The position numbers were made by a program, and so were the translations under genes. Shown piece by piece: positions 10,414 to 13,521 of a stretch of 13,521 nucleotides of DNA (position 1 is the stretch's first letter; every line of letters begins with the position of its first letter). Location of the stretch: contig NW_021826121.1 of the NCBI RefSeq assembly GCF_006345805.1, positions 1 through 13,521 on the forward strand, read 5' to 3'. Under the pieces are notes generated by a model. The model had not been told where the DNA came from and did no database searches. It worked only from the letters and a program-made list of their open reading frames with translations. Origin of the DNA: Octopus sinensis (Eukaryota).

Positions 10414-10567
10414 CTGCAAAGAAATTATGATTGGCATAACGATATTTACATAGTATATTTCTATATTTACTTAATATTATTTAAGATTTTTATATACGTA
10501 CTTAATCATAAACACGCTGTGTTTGCAAACTAGTTATTTACTCTTAGACGTCTACCTTGTGCTTAAA

Positions 10568-10648
10568 ATCTCTCACTCTCTTTCACTCTTCATCTCACTC
10601 TTCCCCTCTCTCTTTTTCTCTCTCTTTCTCTCTCGCTTTCTCTCTTTA
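10568..10648. repeat. Degenerate (CT)n pyrimidine tract
   Basis: Directly visible. Confidence 0.85.
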
Positions 10649-10704
10649 CATATACATCATTATAATTTTATATATATTTACATGTCATCATAATTATATA
10701 TATA

Positions 10705-10824
10705 ACCTTTCCGACGAAAAACGCATGTCCGAAACGTTGAGGCGTTTATTACTACTCTTAATTACTTGTATTACTTTTTCCAAAGCAAACCAAGTCAGCT
10801 TTCTCAGATTCTATTCAATCACTG
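10705..10824 (+). mobile_element. Second short repeat between TA-rich tracts with a more decayed hammerhead-like core (possible Penelope-like derivative)
   Basis: CCTTT-CCGACGA (10711-10717)-N13-GAAA (10731-10734)-CGT-T-GAGG has the same order of elements as a type I hammerhead. U4 and stem II are mutated. Confidence 0.4.
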
Positions 10825-10870
10825 TATATATGTGTGCGTGTGTGTGTGTATGTCTACGTCATATATATTC

Positions 10871-10923
<53 letters not shown>

Positions 10924-10948
10924 CTATATATATATATATATATATGTC

Positions 10949-10982
<34 letters not shown>

Positions 10983-11000
10983 TATATGTCTGTATGTATG
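10825..11000. repeat. (TG)n/(TA)n microsatellite
   Basis: Directly visible. Confidence 0.95.
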
Positions 11001-11146
11001 TCACTTACTTTCGAGTGCTACTGGTACATGTAACCCAGTACAACCTGTTGCATGGCCGGGTCGTTGGTGACTAAACCGGCAACCCCACCAAGCTTGCTTG
11101 GTGATGAGGGTGTTTATTGGACACCCTGCGGGATGAAACAAAACCT
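11001..11146. repeat. GC-richer interspersed repeat fragment between microsatellites (possibly LINE UTR-derived)
   Basis: Abrupt GC-richer island (CCCAGTACAACCTGTTGCATGGCCGGGTCG...GGACACCCTGCGGGATG) bounded by (TATG)n and (TA)n. No ORF similarity recognised. Confidence 0.35.
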
Positions 11147-11344
11147 ATCTATATATATATATATATATATATAGATAAATAATATAATATACATACATAC
11201 ATACATAGATATATACATATAATATATACATATAATATATATATATACATATTATATATATATATATATGTATTATATATATATATATTATCATATAATA
11301 TGCATACTTACTACTCGGTAATTTGATTTTTTCTTTTATATTAT

Positions 11345-11385
<41 letters not shown>

Positions 11386-11463
11386 TATATGCGTGTATGC
11401 GTATGTCTCTATAGGACTCAAACTAAAAAGCGCCAGCATATGACTTCGACATACATGCATATA

Positions 11464-11505
<42 letters not shown>

Positions 11506-11585
11506 GTATGTGTGTGCGTGTATTATGTGTATCTGTGAATGTTTGTATGTGTGTGTGAGTCTGTGTGCATGTGTGTATGTGCGCA
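11147..11585. repeat. (TA)n/(TG)n microsatellite field with short interruptions
   Basis: Directly visible. Confidence 0.9.
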
Positions 11586-11767
11586 GCTATATGTTGTTGT
11601 TTTTTCTTAAAAATATGGCATTCCAAATTTAAAGAAAGAATACTGTAGAAAGCTGGAACATTTGGAGTATCCCATATATTTATAATACCTGAATACGTTT
11701 AAAACTAATTCTAGTATCACCCTGCGGCTGATTGTGGTCTTGAAAGAAATGAATTCAACCACCATTA

Positions 11768-11844
11768 AACACACGCACACAAACAAACATATATACTCAT
11801 ATATATCCATATATATACACATACACACACATATATATATATAT

Positions 11845-11907
<63 letters not shown>

Positions 11908-12420
11908 CATACATACATACATACATACATACATACATACATACATACATACATACATACATACATACATAAGTAGGTTTGTATACACTATATACACTAG
12001 TGTACATTATCATACTATATATGTATAGAAATACATATATATATGTATATATATATACATATATGTATATACATAATATCTCTCTACATATATATACACA
12101 CACACGCACACACTCACACACATGTATATATATATATATATATAGATATATATGTTGTGTGGTGTGGTGTGTGTGGTGTGTGTGTATACATGTGTATATA
12201 TAATGTAGAGATAGATATTATATGATATATATATATATATATATATGTACATATATATACATAATATCTATCTACATATATATATACACATACACACACT
12301 CACACACATGTATACATACATACATACATACATACATACATACATACATACATACATACATACATACATACATACATACATACACACATACATACATATG
12401 TATGTATATATGTGTATGCT
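11768..12420. repeat. Compound microsatellite field including (TAGA)n ~11846-11905, (TACA)n ~11906-11970 and (TACA)n ~12311-12380
   Basis: Directly visible. Confidence 0.95.
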
Positions 12421-13116
12421 GAGTATGATTTTAAGATGCGTGGAGTTTAGTCATTTTAATGGGGGGAAATACTTGTGAATGAGAGGCGGAGTTACCATTT
12501 TCTAGAATTATTATGGAAAAAAACTGCTTTCCTTTAGACTAATTCGAAATATTAGGAGCTTTTTTTGTTTGTATGTTTTTTTTAGTAAATATTAAATGTA
12601 TCTAAAGAATTTAAATTTGAATGTCTTTATAGTGTTGCGTTGAAAGAGGAATAACTAAAGATAATGTTAAGCTTTAGGGATAGAAATATGTATGAACGGC
12701 AACTGGTTTGGTCAGAATATAATTGGAATGCTGTTATGAATTAAAAGGCTGGATAAAGCTGAAGAAATATATAAGTTAAGTTACAACTCTTCAATGAGGG
12801 GATTCAGTATGCTTTATAGAAACAAAATAGAGACGTTAAAGTAAAATATTGCATATTGGGATGGTCATGTAGCCAGTAAAATACACGCACTGATTATGTT
12901 TCACTTCTGTTTTATCATCAATCAATTAGATAATTAATCCAGTGACCAATTGGGTAATAAGGGCTAATCAGAAAGGGGTGCTTGGGGAGCACATAAGTCA
13001 TTGATGATGTCATAAATTGTGACGAAAGAACTTTGATATCCTGATCGATTAACTGATTGATAAATTGGTAGTAAATCCTGGGTATGACTTTAAATTGTAT
13101 CCGGTAGCAGGGCCCT

Positions 13117-13381
13117 GTGGAGGCGCGTAGCTTAGTGGTCAGGGTGTCAGTACCATGATCGTAAGATTGTGGTTTCGATTTCTGGACCGGGCGAGGCGTT
13201 GTGTTCTTGAGCAAAACACTTCATTTCTCGTTGTTCCAGTCCACTCAGCAGGCCAAAATGAATAACGCTGAGATGGACTGGCGTCCCGTCCAGCTGGGGA
13301 ACACATACGCCATAGAAACCGGGAAACCGGGCCCATGAGCCTGGCTAGGCTTTAAAAAGGGCGCATTTATTTTATTTATTT
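13117..13381 (+). mobile_element. Full-length tRNA-derived SINE (MetaSINE-like body) with 12-bp target-site duplication
   Basis: Pol III A box TAGCTTAGTGG (13128-13138), B box GGTTTCGATTTC (13171-13182), central GTGTTCTTGAGCAAAACACTT and GATGGACTGGCGTCCCGTCCAG (13272-13293), GAAACCGGGAAACCGG near the 3' end, and an (ATTT)n tail. The identical flank TAGCAGGGCCCT occurs at 13105-13116 and 13382-13393. The superfamily label is inference. Confidence 0.9.
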
Positions 13382-13521
13382 TAGCAGGGCCCTAAAATGG
13401 GTGTTGTAGGGTTTCAAGTAGTGAGGAACCACCTCTGAGTCACTATTATTCCCAGATCTACTCTGAACCGGAATAGTAGCACCTGTCAGCGTACCAGCTA
13501 TGGGTTAATTAGTAAGGCAGG

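Noticed and set aside
664-12478. The many 60-160 aa ORFs rich in YI, YV, MYVC, HTYI and LSIY
   Set aside because: They are translations of TA, TATG, TACA and TAGA microsatellites, open on both strands for compositional reasons.
13117-13190. tRNA gene
   Set aside because: A and B boxes are present, but there is no convincing cloverleaf or Pol III terminator, and the sequence continues into a SINE body with a TSD.

Overview
AT-rich, microsatellite-dense eukaryotic non-coding DNA, most likely a coleoid cephalopod such as Octopus (inferred from the compound TA/TATG/TAGA microsatellite load and the repeat types, not confirmed by a search). There is no intact protein-coding gene, and nearly all ORFs in the supplied track are microsatellite read-through artefacts. 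Supportable features are: (1) a doubly truncated, pseudogenised R4/Dong-like non-LTR reverse transcriptase fragment (minus, ~6253-7048); (2) two mariner relics, an N-terminal HTH part (plus, ~8331-8702) and a C-terminal part with a terminal-repeat remnant (minus, ~9885-10240); (3) a full-length tRNA-derived SINE with a 12-bp target-site duplication (13117-13381); (4) several short repeats embedded in (TA)n, two carrying degenerate minimal hammerhead-ribozyme-like cores; (5) a candidate 58-nt minus-strand exon with strong splice sites (10356-10413). Most worth following up: the hammerhead-like modules, the fold-back junction at 6175-6252, the unassigned AT-rich block beside it, and the candidate exon with a uORF stop abutting a second ATG. 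I see no clear evidence for a wholly new system; these are leads.
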